Part shown: one piece after another, positions 63,785 to 64,000 of the stretch | Position numbering within the stretch: position 1 is the stretch's first letter | Layout of the letters: each line of letters starts with the position of its first letter | From: Sphagnum compactum | Taxonomy: Eukaryota | DNA length: 64,000 nucleotides | Assembly: GCA_965153455.1 (NCBI GenBank) | Contig: OZ234493.1 | Coordinates: 22,310,213 to 22,374,212 of the forward strand | Direction of reading: 5' to 3' | Translations under genes and position numbers: made by a program | The notes under the pieces: model-generated | Databases searched by the model: none | The model's input: the letters and a program-made list of their open reading frames with translations, nothing else | What the model was told of the DNA's origin: nothing

Positions 63785-64000
63785 CCTTCCCGTCTCCTCT
63801 CCCACAAACCCAGACCCTAATCACAAATCCCTTGAAAAAACACCCCACACACACAAACATACATACCCACCCACCTACCAACCTATGTACCTACCACACG
63901 TTCTTTGCTACAATCCCCACGCACCCAATAATACACTCCAAACTCTTCTTCCAAGCTCTTCTTCCAAAAACTCTTCTTCCAAACCCTTGTTGTTGTTACA

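Overview
This is eukaryotic nuclear DNA from a land plant, most likely a moss. Gene content, intron style and repeat landscape suggest Sphagnum, but this is an inference and no search was run. I assembled eight apparently intact spliced genes by hand: mitochondrial pyruvate dehydrogenase E1-beta (5' end outside the window), a long remorin, an NHL/LEA_2 membrane protein, COG4, an O-fucosyltransferase-like protein, a PAF-acetylhydrolase-like serine hydrolase (-), chloroplast TAB2/ATAB2, and a VFB/SKIP2-like F-box/LRR protein (-). After COG4 sits a head-to-head pair of decayed, intron-containing genes whose start codons are only 83 bp apart. One is a peroxisomal dienoyl-CoA isomerase (DCI1). The other is a MYND-finger + DUF4470 protein of a type I know mainly from fungi and animals. 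The AT-rich intergenic blocks hold hAT-, MULE/SWIM- and pogo-like transposase relics, two TG...CA solo-LTR-like elements with perfect 5-bp target-site duplications (each nested in a transposase relic), a dispersed CAG...CTG-terminated repeat family, and several tandem arrays. I recognised no tRNA, rRNA or CRISPR array. Family calls come from remembered motifs, and exon coordinates were counted by hand.
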